Shown in pieces: positions 18,981 to 28,626 of a stretch of 64,000 bases of DNA. This DNA is from an uncultured Myxococcales bacterium (GTDB lineage Bacteria > Myxococcota_A > Polyangia > Palsa-1104 > JAEUJZ01): positions 264 to 64,263 of the forward strand of contig CAZVMD010000003.1 in the NCBI GenBank assembly GCA_964628555.1. Direction: 5' to 3'. The number at the start of each line of letters is the position of its first letter. Positions within the stretch are counted from its first letter, which is position 1. Position numbers and translations under genes: made by a program. Below the pieces are notes generated by a model that saw only the letters and a program-made list of their open reading frames with translations, had not been told where the DNA came from and ran no database searches.

Positions 18981-19681
18981 TGGCCGTGAGGTCGTTTTTC
19001 TTCGGCTTTGTCACTGCTGCGGCGCTGGCTGCCGGCGGGTATTACCAGTACCTGCACAAGCCCGATGCCGACCCCTGCCGGGTCTGCAGCACCGGCACCA
19101 AGTGCGCCGCTGGGCTGTGCGTGGTCGCCGTGACGCCGCCGCAGCCGGTGCCCAAAAAGCGCGTCTATCGCCGGGGCGCGACGGCTGGGAGCGGACCGCA
19201 GGCGGGTGTCCCCAGCAGCCCCGGAGCCAGCCCGCCGCTGCCCGGCATCGAAGGGCCAAGCGAAGCCGCCAGCCCCAGCGAGCCGCCGCCGCCGCCGCCG
19301 CCGCCACTCAAGCCAGAGGAGCGGCGCCTGATCGCCGTCGGTGACAAGCTCACCGGCACCGAGGTGCTCAACCTTGCCGAGGCCAACAACGGCGCCGAGC
19401 GCGAGCTCTCCCAGGAAGACATCGACGCCGTGTTTCGCCCCAAGCAGGGCGCGATCATCGCGTGCATCGACGACGCTCGCGGCGAGGCCCAGATCGATGG
19501 CCAGATCACCGTCGCCTTCCGCATCCGCCGCAGCGGCGATGTCGCCGGTGTGCGCGTCGAGGCCCCGGCCTATCTCATCAACCACGGCCTGCTCGACTGC
19601 AGCCGCCGCGTGGTGAGCGGCCTCCGCTTCCCGCTGTCGACGAAAGCCCAGATAGTTACGTATCCCTTCTCGCTGCACTAG
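18980..19681 (+). CDS. AgmX/PglI C-terminal domain protein (TonB-C-like)
   Basis: 233 aa. Its ATG overlaps the upstream TGA by 1 nt. It has an N-terminal TM and a Pro-rich linker (PPPPPPPLKPEE). The C-terminal domain is DIDAVFRPKQGAIIACID...ITVAFRIRRSGDVAGVRVE...LDCSRRVVSGLRFPL. Confidence 0.75.
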   Translation: MAVRSFFFGFVTAAALAAGGYYQYLHKPDADPCRVCSTGTKCAAGLCVVAVTPPQPVPKKRVYRRGATAGSGPQAGVPSSPGASPPLPGIEGPSEAASPSEPPPPPPPPLKPEERRLIAVGDKLTGTEVLNLAEANNGAERELSQEDIDAVFRPKQGAIIACIDDARGEAQIDGQITVAFRIRRSGDVAGVRVEAPAYLINHGLLDCSRRVVSGLRFPLSTKAQIVTYPFSLH

Positions 19682-19882
19682 CTCCACGTCCCCTGCCTAG
19701 CGGATTGACCGGCGGCGAAGCCCCTCCCCAGTGGGCCCGGAGGGTGGAGCGCCTCCGCATGTAGGTCGTCGAGTCGGATGGGCAAGCTGCTCCGTGGCCC
19801 GCGATTTTTTTTCTGACGACTGTAACCGCCGCGCGCGCTGCAACGTAGCCCCAGGAAACCCGTTTGATTGGAGGCGCGCACG

Positions 19883-20428
19883 ATGTCACTACACCGCTAC
19901 GGCTCTGCCCTGTCTGCCTGGTCCTTCGCTCTACTTTCGGCCTGCGGGGGGAATCCGCTTTCGGATCCGCAGCTACCACCAACCACGGGTCGAGCCGACA
20001 TCGAGGCCTGGCTGGCCAGCGGCTTCTACATGTCCTGGCGCTGCGAACCCGCCGCTCATGCCCAGCGATCTCCGTCGCCACATGGCCAGAACCGCATCTG
20101 CAACAACACCGCCATGAGCAGCTTCAGCGGCGCCGGCGAGTACCCGGTCGGCTCCGCCGCGGTAAAAGAGCTGTTCGACGACACCGGCAAGACGATCGTC
20201 GGCTACGCGGTCGAGGTCCACACGGCGGTCGGCAACACCGGGGACACCTGGTACTGGTACGAACGCGTTCCCGCCAACAGCGGCGCACCGCATGACAGCA
20301 ATGGCGTGGTCGCTGACGGAAAGGGCAGCAGCGGCCCGGCCCAGACCATCTGCGTTGGCTGCCATCAGGCAGCCGGAGCAGACGCCGGGCACTCTGGGCA
20401 CAACTTCGTCTACACCCAGGTCAAGTAG
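19883..20428 (+). CDS. putative c-type heme lipoprotein (cytochrome P460-like)
   Basis: A GGAGG sits about 8 nt upstream of ATG 19883. The lipobox is LLSAC. A single C-terminal CxxCH is present (ICVGCHQ). The size and the placement of the heme motif resemble the cytochrome P460 family. This is a by-eye call. Confidence 0.5.
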   Translation: MSLHRYGSALSAWSFALLSACGGNPLSDPQLPPTTGRADIEAWLASGFYMSWRCEPAAHAQRSPSPHGQNRICNNTAMSSFSGAGEYPVGSAAVKELFDDTGKTIVGYAVEVHTAVGNTGDTWYWYERVPANSGAPHDSNGVVADGKGSSGPAQTICVGCHQAAGADAGHSGHNFVYTQVK

Positions 20429-20556
20429 GCCATGCGCGAGCCGAGGATCGCTGCTCTTGGGCCAGCGCGTATCCGCCGCGAGCTGCGTCGCCAGCCGAGG
20501 CCCAAGCTGGGGCGCTTCCTCCGACACTCCCGGCTCTGGTAGATCTGTCAACCCCC

Positions 20557-21108
20557 GTGAGCCATGCCGGTGACGAGAGCGATGAAGAGCTGATGCAGCG
20601 CTATCAGGAAGGCGAGGAGGCCGCGTTTGTTAGCCTCTTCGCGCGCTACGCTGGCCCCATCTATCGTTATTTCCTGCATCGCACTGGACACCCGGATCTG
20701 GCTCTGGACTGTGCACAGGCGACCTGGCTCAAGCTACACCGGGCTCGCCTAAGTTACCGTCGCAACGAGCGAGTTCGCCCTTGGCTCTACGCCATTGCCG
20801 CCAACCTGCGGGTCGATGCCCTGCGTGCCCAGCTGCGCTCGCGTGAGACGCTGACCGCGGACGGGGTACTGCCGGAGCAGCCAGCCCCCGAGCCCGATTC
20901 CGATGTGCGCGATCGCGCGGTGCGGCGCGTGCTCCTGCAGCTTCCCGACGAAGTGCGCACAGTTGTCATCCTGCATCGCTGGCACGACCTGGGCTTTGCC
21001 GAGATCGCCGCCATGCTTGGACAGAGCGAGAGCGCGGTGAAGGTGCGCGCCCATCGCGCCTACTTGCAGCTGCGCGAACTCCTCCTGGCCGAAGGAATCT
21101 CGTCATGA
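20557..21108 (+). CDS. ECF (group 4) RNA polymerase sigma-70 factor
   Basis: 183 aa. Region 2 is FVSLFARYAGPIYRYFLHRTGHPDLALDCAQATWLKL. Region 4 is LPDEVRTVVILHRWHDLGFAEIAAMLGQSESAVKVRAHRA. Confidence 0.9.
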   Translation: MSHAGDESDEELMQRYQEGEEAAFVSLFARYAGPIYRYFLHRTGHPDLALDCAQATWLKLHRARLSYRRNERVRPWLYAIAANLRVDALRAQLRSRETLTADGVLPEQPAPEPDSDVRDRAVRRVLLQLPDEVRTVVILHRWHDLGFAEIAAMLGQSESAVKVRAHRAYLQLRELLLAEGISS

Positions 21109-21833
21109 CTGCGCCCTGCGAACGAGTGGCCAACTGCCTCGCCGCCATGGATCGTGAGCCCTCGCCCGAGCTTGCGGCCCACCTGGAAGGCTGCGCCGCG
21201 TGCCGCACCGAGCTCGCCCGGCTGCGGCAAAGCTACGCTCTGCTCGCAGTGCGGGTACACGAGCCGCCGGCCTCGCATCTACAAACGGTCCAGACGGCCG
21301 TGCTGCGAGCCTGGCGCGCGCCTTGGTCGCGTCGCTTGGCGGCGGCTCTGGGGGTGCCGCTCTCGCTAGGGTTGGCCGTCGCGCTGCTCTGCACCCTGTT
21401 GCCGGCGCACCCGCTCAGCTCGCCGGTGCAGGCGCTGCTCTTGGCGCTGCTACCGGCCGGGCTGTGCCTGCGTCCGTTTGCCCACCGGCTGCCCTGGGGG
21501 ATGGTGGCCGCAGCGGCAGCCCTGGCTCTGTCCTGCCTGCGGGGCGAGCTTGCGCTGCCGATTCGCGGCGTAGCTTGCCTGCTCCTCTTTGGGCTCAGCG
21601 GTACGGCGGCGGCGGCGCTGCCGCTGGCACTGTTCGCTCGCCGCTTCTTGTCGCCGGCCCCCTTGGGGATGGCGACGCTGGTGGGCGGACTTTCGCTCCA
21701 GGCCGCCGTGTGCAGCCTGCGCGAGCCAGCGCATATCTTGGCGATCCACCTGGCGCCTTTTCTGCTCGCCTGCGCCCTGCTTGGGTGGCTGGCTGCAGCC
21801 CCGGAACAGCCCGAAGGAGCCAACGCCCGCTGA
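21105..21833 (+). CDS. anti-sigma factor (zf-HC2) with polytopic membrane domain
   Basis: A 4-nt ATGA overlap joins it to the sigma gene. The N-terminal HxxxCxxC-type motif is AAHLEGCAACRTEL. About 6 hydrophobic segments follow. Confidence 0.75.
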   Translation: MTAPCERVANCLAAMDREPSPELAAHLEGCAACRTELARLRQSYALLAVRVHEPPASHLQTVQTAVLRAWRAPWSRRLAAALGVPLSLGLAVALLCTLLPAHPLSSPVQALLLALLPAGLCLRPFAHRLPWGMVAAAAALALSCLRGELALPIRGVACLLLFGLSGTAAAALPLALFARRFLSPAPLGMATLVGGLSLQAAVCSLREPAHILAIHLAPFLLACALLGWLAAAPEQPEGANAR

Positions 21834-21840
21834 AGCCAAC

Positions 21841-21906
21841 GTGGCCAGTCGCCTTCGCTTCCCTCTCTCGACGGAAACACGGATTATTACGTGTCCCTTT
21901 TTCTTG
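21841..21906 (+). pseudogene. relic of the last strand of an AgmX/PglI-type C-terminal domain
   Basis: The frame starting at 21841 reads VASRLRFPLSTETRIITCPFFL. The C-terminus of gene 18980-19681 reads VVSGLRFPLSTKAQIVTYPFSL. By my hand alignment about 39/54 nt are identical. There is no start codon, and the frame differs from that of the anti-sigma gene ending at 21833. Confidence 0.4.
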
Positions 21907-21942
21907 CGCTCGCAGTTCCCCGTATCCGTGGGCCGCAGCCGA

Positions 21943-22398
21943 TCAGCGGGGTGCGTGGTCGCTCGCCCCGCTGCCTGCGGCGGGGCTGCGCTTCTCGGCC
22001 TGTAGCTGTGCGCGGCGCTGCTCTACCCAGGCCCAGGCCTCCGCTTCGCTGGCGACAAAGTGGGGGATGATCTTCCGGTTATCCAGCAGACGAAAGGCAT
22101 TCGTAAGCAGCGTGAGCAGCGTGCGCAGCAGCAGGCCAGCCCCGAACACCACTAGCTCAATGCGAATGTGGTGCGTCCTATGCCACTCGGCGTTCTTGCG
22201 GCGCGCGGCAGCACTCATGCCGCCGCCTTTCGACCCGTCTACGACCTCGAACGCGTAGCCGTACTGGCGTTCGACCTGCTGCAGGTGCGAAAGCAGGATC
22301 TCCGTCTCTTCCCAGGAGATCTCACCCACCGCGCGGGCAAACACCACGTCCCCATCGACGCGTAGCTCGTGCTTGCCGACAGGCACCCAGTCCCCCAT
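21943..22398 (-). CDS. hypothetical protein (possible STAS-like fold)
   Basis: 151-aa ORF with balanced composition (K, F, Y, N, I all present). No motif I can name with confidence. Confidence 0.55.
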   Translation of the reverse strand: MGDWVPVGKHELRVDGDVVFARAVGEISWEETEILLSHLQQVERQYGYAFEVVDGSKGGGMSAAARRKNAEWHRTHHIRIELVVFGAGLLLRTLLTLLTNAFRLLDNRKIIPHFVASEAEAWAWVEQRRAQLQAEKRSPAAGSGASDHAPR

Positions 22399-22478
22399 GA
22401 CAGTGGATCCTATCGCACTTGGCGAGGCAGCCGGTGCAAAAGCCCGCGGCGCTCTTCTAGGTAGGTGCCCGTCGGGGC

Positions 22479-23642
22479 TTAGCGCCGCAGGAGCAGGAAG
22501 ACAAAGAAGAGCAGGCTGGCCAGGAAGAAGCCCGCTGCTGCGGCCAGGCCGATGCGCAGCGTCGACGCGCTGCTGCCGCCCTCGCCCTGACGGGTGAACA
22601 TCGAGGTCAGGATCGAGCGCTGCGAGGCCGGAGCCGCCGAGGGTGGAGCCGGGGCTGCCGAAGGCGGAGCGGGAGCCGCCGCCGGCGGGGCCGGGCTCAT
22701 CATGCTCGGGTTGGGGGTCGGCACGTTGTGCTCTTCGAGCAGGATGCCCAGCCGCGTCGCGACATCGGCCATCGTCGGGCGCTCGGCCTGGGTCTTTTTC
22801 AGCATGTCTTCGATCAGCGCGACAAAGGCGGTCGGCGTGTCGGCGCGGCGCTCTTTTAGCGGCGGGGGCGACTCGTACAGATGGGCCGACCGCAGCTTGT
22901 CACTGCTCTGGGCCACGAACGGCGCGGTGCCCGACAGCGTCTCGAACAGCACCACGCCCAGCGAGTAGACATCGGCCTTGCCGTCGACTCGCGCCGCTCC
23001 CAGCCACTGCTCGGGCGCCATGTACTCTGGCGTGCCGAGCGCGACGCCGTCGCGGGTGCTGACCGGCTGCGCCCCTTCCTGCTGGTGCTCGGCCTGCAGC
23101 TTGGCCAGCCCAAAGTCGAGGATCTTGACCCGCTGTCCCCCCGGCACCGTGTCGTCGCGCAGCAGCATGATGTTGTCGGGCTTCAGATCGCGGTGGATGA
23201 TCTTTTTTTTGTGCGCTGCCGAGAGCCCGGTCGCGATCTGCCAGCCCAGGCGCGCCACCTGCAGCGGCTCCAGCAGGCCGAAGTGACGGCGCAGCGACTC
23301 GCCCTCTAAAAACTCCATGATCAGAAACGGCATGCCGTCGGGAAACTGGCCGTGATCATGAATCGCGACCATCGACGAGTGGCGGATCAGGTTGGCGGCC
23401 AAGGCCTCGTTGAAGAAGCGCTTCACCAGATCCGGGCTCTTGCACCAGTCGGGGTGCAGCACCTTGATCGCGACGCGGCGCTGCAGCGTCTGATGCACCG
23501 CCTCATAGACCTCGCCCATGCCCCCGGTACCGATGCGGCGGACGATGCGGTGATTGCGAACGACTTGGCCTTCTTGCAGGAGCGGCGGCATGACTTCCTC
23601 GCCGTAACACAAGTCGGGCCGGCGATGCGGCCATTGTGCCAC
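22479..23642 (-). CDS. Ser/Thr protein kinase, C-terminally tail-anchored
   Basis: The Hanks motifs are GTGGMGEVYEA, AIKVL, HRDLKPDNIML, DFGLAK and GTPEYMAPE. A Pro/Ala repeat linker (APAPPSAAPAPPSAAPA) precedes a terminal TM (FFLASLLFFVFLLL). An alternative start is ATG 23591. Confidence 0.9.
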   Translation of the reverse strand: MAQWPHRRPDLCYGEEVMPPLLQEGQVVRNHRIVRRIGTGGMGEVYEAVHQTLQRRVAIKVLHPDWCKSPDLVKRFFNEALAANLIRHSSMVAIHDHGQFPDGMPFLIMEFLEGESLRRHFGLLEPLQVARLGWQIATGLSAAHKKKIIHRDLKPDNIMLLRDDTVPGGQRVKILDFGLAKLQAEHQQEGAQPVSTRDGVALGTPEYMAPEQWLGAARVDGKADVYSLGVVLFETLSGTAPFVAQSSDKLRSAHLYESPPPLKERRADTPTAFVALIEDMLKKTQAERPTMADVATRLGILLEEHNVPTPNPSMMSPAPPAAAPAPPSAAPAPPSAAPASQRSILTSMFTRQGEGGSSASTLRIGLAAAAGFFLASLLFFVFLLLRR

Positions 23643-23678
23643 AGCGGCCCCCTGTCGTACGTACGCCGCGGGTCGGCC

Positions 23679-25733
23679 TTAGCTGACCGGCAGAAGAGCG
23701 CTGGCGCTGCCGCCGGCTGCGGCCGCGGTGCCGCTGTCTTCGTCGAGGTTGAGGCGCATCACGGCCACCGGTGCGTCAAGCCCGCGCACCGACAACATAA
23801 AGCGCGGCCCCAGGCGCAGCCCGACCCCCGCCAGCGCGCGCTCGGGCGGTCGCTTGGCCAGCCCTTCGCCGAGATCGGCGGAGAGCACGATGTCGCCGGG
23901 ATGGGCCTCGCGCAGCAGTCGCAGACAGAGTCCAAGGGTGGCGCCAAAGTAGTCGAGCAGCTGACAGTGGCCTGGCGTCACCAGGTGGGCCGGCCCGGCG
24001 TACACGCCGATGCGCAGACCGACCGCGCTCTTTCCGATCGGCTGGCTCTCTTTGAGGGCTTTGAATGCCTGCTGCGCTTCGATGGCGGCCAAGGCTGCGG
24101 CTTCGGCGTCGGCAAAGGCGACCAGCAGGCCGTCTCGCTCGCTGCGCACCACCACCCCGGTCGAGTCGCTCGCCTCGTCTTCTTCGCTGCGCCGCGGCAG
24201 CCGGCGGGGCTGCTCGAACAGCTGTCGCAGCCGCGCGAAGTGAGCATCGACAAACTGAAAGGCCACCGCGTCGCCGGCCCGCTGCTGCAGCTCCACCAGG
24301 CCGGCCAGATCGGTGTGCAAGAGCGCCACCTGTGGCACCGAGAACAGCCGCCCGGCCGGCAGCCACTGCGCCTGCGCTGGCCCGACAAACAGCCGCCGAA
24401 ACAGCGGCTGCAGCGTGACGCTGTGCGCGCTGCACAGCGGCGGTGGCGTCTCGCTGCGCCGCACGGCCAGATGGCGGGGCTGGGTGTGCTCGTGCGTGAT
24501 GTGCAGCGTGCCGCCCATCGCGACTTCGACGCTGGCCGGCGCGATCGCCTCGCCGACCTGCAGCTGGGCACTGGCCTGGCCAAGCGTGCTGACGTTGAGG
24601 CGGGCCTGCAGGCCGCCGCGCACAAAGATCTCGTAGTCGCCCGGGGCGCGCGGGGCGCGGAGCTCGGTGGTGCCGGTGGCGGGCAGCAGGATCTGCGCCT
24701 CGATGTGCGGCGTCTCGCTGGGTCCGCCGATGGCGTAGGCGACGCTCTTGCTGGGCGTGTGACGCACGATCTGAGGGCGCAGGCCGGGCGCTACCGCAAA
24801 GCTGACTGCGACGCGATCGTGCAGCGTGGCCGGGACGATCAGATCGCAGCGCGGGCAGGTCGCGCTCTCGGGCAGCTCAGTCAGTCGGGCGACGCGCAGT
24901 GCTGGCCGCAGGCAGGCTGGGCAGATCAGATCCCAGTGCAGCGTGAACAGTCCGTGCGCCGCGCCGGCCAAAAAGGTGCTGAGCAGCCCACTACGCGAGA
25001 CTCCCCATGCATCCGCCAGGGCATAGGGATTCAACGTATCGTCGTCGAGATCGTCGAGCTCAGCGACGTACTCCAGCAGGCGATCAAGCAAGTGATGACG
25101 AGAGGTATCTTCGACCCCCCCGAGGAGGGGAGGCTCAGCAGGCTGGGCCTGATGAGGGGGAGCTGGAACGGTCTCCCCGGTTGCGGGCAAAAAAAGCTCG
25201 GAGAGCGCGCCGCGCGCCGCGCGTGCTCCGGCAGTCAGCTTGGGTACTTCGAGCGCGGTGACCCGCCGCAGCAGCCCCGAGCCCCGCGTCAAGTCGGCTT
25301 CGATCTTGCGCAGCGTAGACAAAAGCTGACGCAGCGAGATCTCACCGTATAGACGCAGCAGCAACCGGAGCGCCGGACTGCGCGGCGCAAGGACCAGTTC
25401 GATGGCAAGGCGGCATCCCTGGGGCTGCGGCGAGAGCACAAAGTGCGTCTCGATGCGGCGTATCGGCCCGCGCGGATACTCGCGGCGAAGGACCAGCCGC
25501 TCGGGGGTCTGCCACTCGACCGGAAGCTCCCAAAATGCCAGCCCCCCCCACGCGCGCTCGGAGAACATCTCGTAACGAGCGGCGCTATCGGGCTGGTTTT
25601 GCAGAGGCCGGTACATGAGCGGGACTTGACCGAGCGCGCGGTACAGCCGCGACGTATCCGCCAGAGCCGACCACAGCGCCTGCGGTGCCGCTGTGGACTC
25701 AAGCTGCCGTTTGAGTGTGATGGAATCCATCAA
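23679..25733 (-). CDS. class III adenylate/guanylate cyclase with N-terminal SRPBCC-like and zinc-ribbon modules
   Basis: 684 aa. The C-terminal cyclase block is VALLHTDLAGLVELQQRAGD...DGLLVAFADAEAAALAAIEAQ...VGLRIGVYAGPA...DYFGATL. A mid-region CPAC...CPRC pair is present. Confidence 0.75.
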   Translation of the reverse strand: MMDSITLKRQLESTAAPQALWSALADTSRLYRALGQVPLMYRPLQNQPDSAARYEMFSERAWGGLAFWELPVEWQTPERLVLRREYPRGPIRRIETHFVLSPQPQGCRLAIELVLAPRSPALRLLLRLYGEISLRQLLSTLRKIEADLTRGSGLLRRVTALEVPKLTAGARAARGALSELFLPATGETVPAPPHQAQPAEPPLLGGVEDTSRHHLLDRLLEYVAELDDLDDDTLNPYALADAWGVSRSGLLSTFLAGAAHGLFTLHWDLICPACLRPALRVARLTELPESATCPRCDLIVPATLHDRVAVSFAVAPGLRPQIVRHTPSKSVAYAIGGPSETPHIEAQILLPATGTTELRAPRAPGDYEIFVRGGLQARLNVSTLGQASAQLQVGEAIAPASVEVAMGGTLHITHEHTQPRHLAVRRSETPPPLCSAHSVTLQPLFRRLFVGPAQAQWLPAGRLFSVPQVALLHTDLAGLVELQQRAGDAVAFQFVDAHFARLRQLFEQPRRLPRRSEEDEASDSTGVVVRSERDGLLVAFADAEAAALAAIEAQQAFKALKESQPIGKSAVGLRIGVYAGPAHLVTPGHCQLLDYFGATLGLCLRLLREAHPGDIVLSADLGEGLAKRPPERALAGVGLRLGPRFMLSVRGLDAPVAVMRLNLDEDSGTAAAAGGSASALLPVS

Positions 25734-25881
25734 CCAAGGTCTGCTCTTGCCTGGGGTCCCCTAGACCGAGCCGTGAGGCGATCGGCCTAGTTAGGCGCAT
25801 CTATTTTATCGCGACTTTTCCGGCTTGCGGGGGCAGACAGTGAGGAAAAAGTGCAGTGGTTTTGTGGACTTAGCGCTGCGC

Positions 25882-28626
25882 TTACAGCGGGCGATAGCGA
25901 TCGGGCAGGGGAGACTCTGGGCCTTTGACATCGTCGAGGGTCTCGCCGCGGCGCAGCAGCACCACCTTTCCATCAGCGGCCACCATGACCACGGCCGGCC
26001 GCAGCTGACTAAACTGCATCCACTGGGTGACGTTGTAGGCCCCGACCGGCGCGATGACTACCTGCTGACCCGGCGCGAGCGGCGGCAGCGGCAAGCCGAC
26101 CCGCAGCGTGTCGATGTTCATGCACAGCGGACCGTACAGCGAGGTCTCTTCGATCGGGCCGGGCACCGGCTGGGCGGGCGTGACGCGATGGCGATACCAG
26201 TGCGCGGTGTACAGCACATTGAGGCCGGCATCGAGCACCAGGCCGCGACTGCCCAGGCTGCTGTTTCCCGTCGCTGGATTGCCGCCAATGCTGCGCCGGC
26301 CGACCACCGTGGCGATCAGGCTGCCGGCGTCATCGACCAGATGGCGACCGCTCTCCAAGATCAGCGTGGGGATGCCGCTGGCGTGGGGGCCGCTTTGGGC
26401 CAGGCGATCGCCAAAGCAGTCGAAGAGCTCGTCGCAGATGGCGCTGGCAAACGGCGTGATGTCGGGTCCGTCTTCGCCGCCTTCGCCCTCGTTGAAGCTG
26501 CCGGTCAGGCTGTTGGTCGAGGGGAAGCCGCCGCCCAGGTTGATGGTCGATAGCGGATAGCCGCAGAGCGACTCGGCCGCCAGGTACAGCTCGCAGAGGC
26601 GCGAGGTGGCCTGCCGATAGGCGCTCGGCTCGGCGATATAGGTTCCCAGATGGCAGTGCAGCCCGGCGAGGCGCAGGCGGGGATTGACGGCGATGCGCAG
26701 CACGGCATCGAGCACCTCGCCGCTGTCGAGGCTGAAGCCGAAGCGCTCCCAGGTCGCACCGGACAGCGCCGGCACCTGCATGTTGACGCGCAGGCCGATG
26801 GCCAGAGGCGGCGTTGCGGCGGTTCGCGTCGCCACCAGCTCTTCGATCAGGTTCAGCTCATCGAAGTGATCGACCTGGATGAAGGCGCCATCGGCGATCG
26901 CCTGAGCCAGCCAGGCTCGCGGCTTGTGCGCTCCGTTGCAGACGATGCGCGCGCCGCTTAAGCCCAGCCGACGGGCCATGGCGTATTCCAGGTCCGAGAC
27001 CACCTCGGCGTCCCAGCCCTCCTGATGCAGGATGGCGCAGATGCCGTCGAGATAGTTGGTCTTGTACGACCAGCCAAAGCGCGTGCGGGGATAGCGGCTG
27101 GCGAAGGCCTGGCGAAAGGCGCGGGCCCGACTGCGCAGCCGCGCTTCGCTGAACACAAACAGCGGCGAGCCGTAGCGCGCCACTAGCTCGGCCACCGGCT
27201 GGCCCTCGATGTGATCGCAGACGCGATGCTGTGCACCGTCGCTGGGCAGGCGATTGCCGACCGCCGCATGATGGCGCAGGAGCGCTGGGGCCTGGTAGGC
27301 GCGCCGCACCGGCGGCGGGGTCGGCGCAGCCCCGGGCAGGGTCAGCGGCTGCAGCGCATCGCTCGATGGGGAGCGCGGCTGCGACGAGCCACTTCCCGTT
27401 CCTGAGCCGCGCTCTGCCGCCCGCTCGCTCTGCCGCTCGCCCTCGCGATCGAGGATCGCCGACAGCGAGACGGCGCGCGGCTGCAGCGCCTCGTCTCCAT
27501 CGGGTAGCGTGCGGCCAGTGGTGCGCGGCGACAGCTCGACCTCGCCCCGCTGCACCATCGCTTCATAGATCGATAGCTCGGCCGGAACATCCAGCGAGCG
27601 GCGCAGCTGCAGCACCCCGGAGTAGTAGGTGTCATAGGCCGGCACGGCTTCGCCGAGCGCCAAGCGCACCAGCGCCCAGGGCAGGTTCTGTCCCGCGGCG
27701 GCGGCCAGCGCGATCCAGGCGGGAAAGCGCGGGTTGATCTCGATCAGATACAGCTCGCCGCTGTCGCGATGGCGCATCAGCTCCAGCTCCAGCGCCCCGG
27801 ACCAGCACAGGCCCGAGACGACGCGCTGGGCGGCGCGAATCAGCTCGGGATCATCGACGGTCAGCGCCCCCCAGGCCTTGCCGCGATCGTCGAGCTGCAG
27901 CTTCTTCATCGGCACCGCACCGACGATCTGCCAGGCCTCGTCGGCCAGCGCGACGACATCGAACTCGGTGCCCGGAACGTACTCCTGCAGCACCACCGGG
28001 TAGCCCCAGCGCGTGGCGTGCTCGGTCACGGCTGCCGCCATATGTTCCAGGCTGTGCACGACGGTGGCCCCGTGCAGGTTGCCTTTGACGACAAACGGCA
28101 GCTTGAGCTTGCGCGCCCCCTGATAGGCCTCGGCCAGGCTGCTTACCGCCGTCGAGCGCGGCACCTTGACCGCCGACAGGGCGCTGACCGTGGGCAGCTC
28201 GGCCTTGCTGCGGCGCTTGAACGCCGCCGCGCTTGGCAAGAGCAGATGAATTCCCATGCGGCGCAGCTCAGGCTGCAGCGTGATGTAGTGGCCCAGCTCA
28301 GAGTCGAGCGTCGGCACGATGACATCCAGGCGCTCGCGGGCGTGGATGTAGCGCAGGCGAGCCAGCAGCGCCGACGGACCCTGAGCCGGATAGGGCAGAA
28401 GATAGCTGGCGTCGAGCAGCTGGCGATCGTAGCTGGCGGGCTCCAGCGGATCGTACGAAAAGCCGACGATGCGTGGCCGAGTGATCGCGCTAGCGCGGGC
28501 GGCACCTGGCCCACTTGCAGCCAGGCCACCGTGGACGCCGCTGCGCAGGCTCTGCACGACAGGCAGGCCGGGCGCCAGGGTGCCCACCACCGACAGCCCC
28601 GAGACGGCGATACAGAGCTCGCTCAT
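25882..28626 (-). CDS. fusion protein: N-terminal ATP-grasp ligase and C-terminal Orn/DAP/Arg-type (fold III) PLP decarboxylase
   Basis: 914 aa. The ATP-grasp blocks are PFVVKGNLHGATVVHS, VVLQEYVPGTEFDV and ELYLIEINPRFPAW. A low-complexity linker (GSGTGSGSSQPRSPSS...APTPPPV) joins the two halves. The decarboxylase blocks are YGSPLFVFSE, SYKTNY (PLP lysine context), INLGGGFPS, ESGRHLVDDAG and GPLCMNIDTL. Confidence 0.85.
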   Translation of the reverse strand: MSELCIAVSGLSVVGTLAPGLPVVQSLRSGVHGGLAASGPGAARASAITRPRIVGFSYDPLEPASYDRQLLDASYLLPYPAQGPSALLARLRYIHARERLDVIVPTLDSELGHYITLQPELRRMGIHLLLPSAAAFKRRSKAELPTVSALSAVKVPRSTAVSSLAEAYQGARKLKLPFVVKGNLHGATVVHSLEHMAAAVTEHATRWGYPVVLQEYVPGTEFDVVALADEAWQIVGAVPMKKLQLDDRGKAWGALTVDDPELIRAAQRVVSGLCWSGALELELMRHRDSGELYLIEINPRFPAWIALAAAAGQNLPWALVRLALGEAVPAYDTYYSGVLQLRRSLDVPAELSIYEAMVQRGEVELSPRTTGRTLPDGDEALQPRAVSLSAILDREGERQSERAAERGSGTGSGSSQPRSPSSDALQPLTLPGAAPTPPPVRRAYQAPALLRHHAAVGNRLPSDGAQHRVCDHIEGQPVAELVARYGSPLFVFSEARLRSRARAFRQAFASRYPRTRFGWSYKTNYLDGICAILHQEGWDAEVVSDLEYAMARRLGLSGARIVCNGAHKPRAWLAQAIADGAFIQVDHFDELNLIEELVATRTAATPPLAIGLRVNMQVPALSGATWERFGFSLDSGEVLDAVLRIAVNPRLRLAGLHCHLGTYIAEPSAYRQATSRLCELYLAAESLCGYPLSTINLGGGFPSTNSLTGSFNEGEGGEDGPDITPFASAICDELFDCFGDRLAQSGPHASGIPTLILESGRHLVDDAGSLIATVVGRRSIGGNPATGNSSLGSRGLVLDAGLNVLYTAHWYRHRVTPAQPVPGPIEETSLYGPLCMNIDTLRVGLPLPPLAPGQQVVIAPVGAYNVTQWMQFSQLRPAVVMVAADGKVVLLRRGETLDDVKGPESPLPDRYRPL

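Noticed and set aside
19790-19812. T8 run (19805-19812) downstream of the AgmX/PglI-type gene as an intrinsic terminator
   Set aside because: An 8-T run is striking in this genome. However, the only preceding pairing I can find is a 4-bp GGGC/GCCC stem with a 15-nt loop, which is too weak to call a terminator without 3' end data.
23352-25352. 666-aa plus-strand ORF opposite the cyclase and kinase genes
   Set aside because: It is a shadow ORF. It overlaps two minus-strand genes with unambiguous kinase and cyclase motifs and has a composition typical of the non-coding frame.
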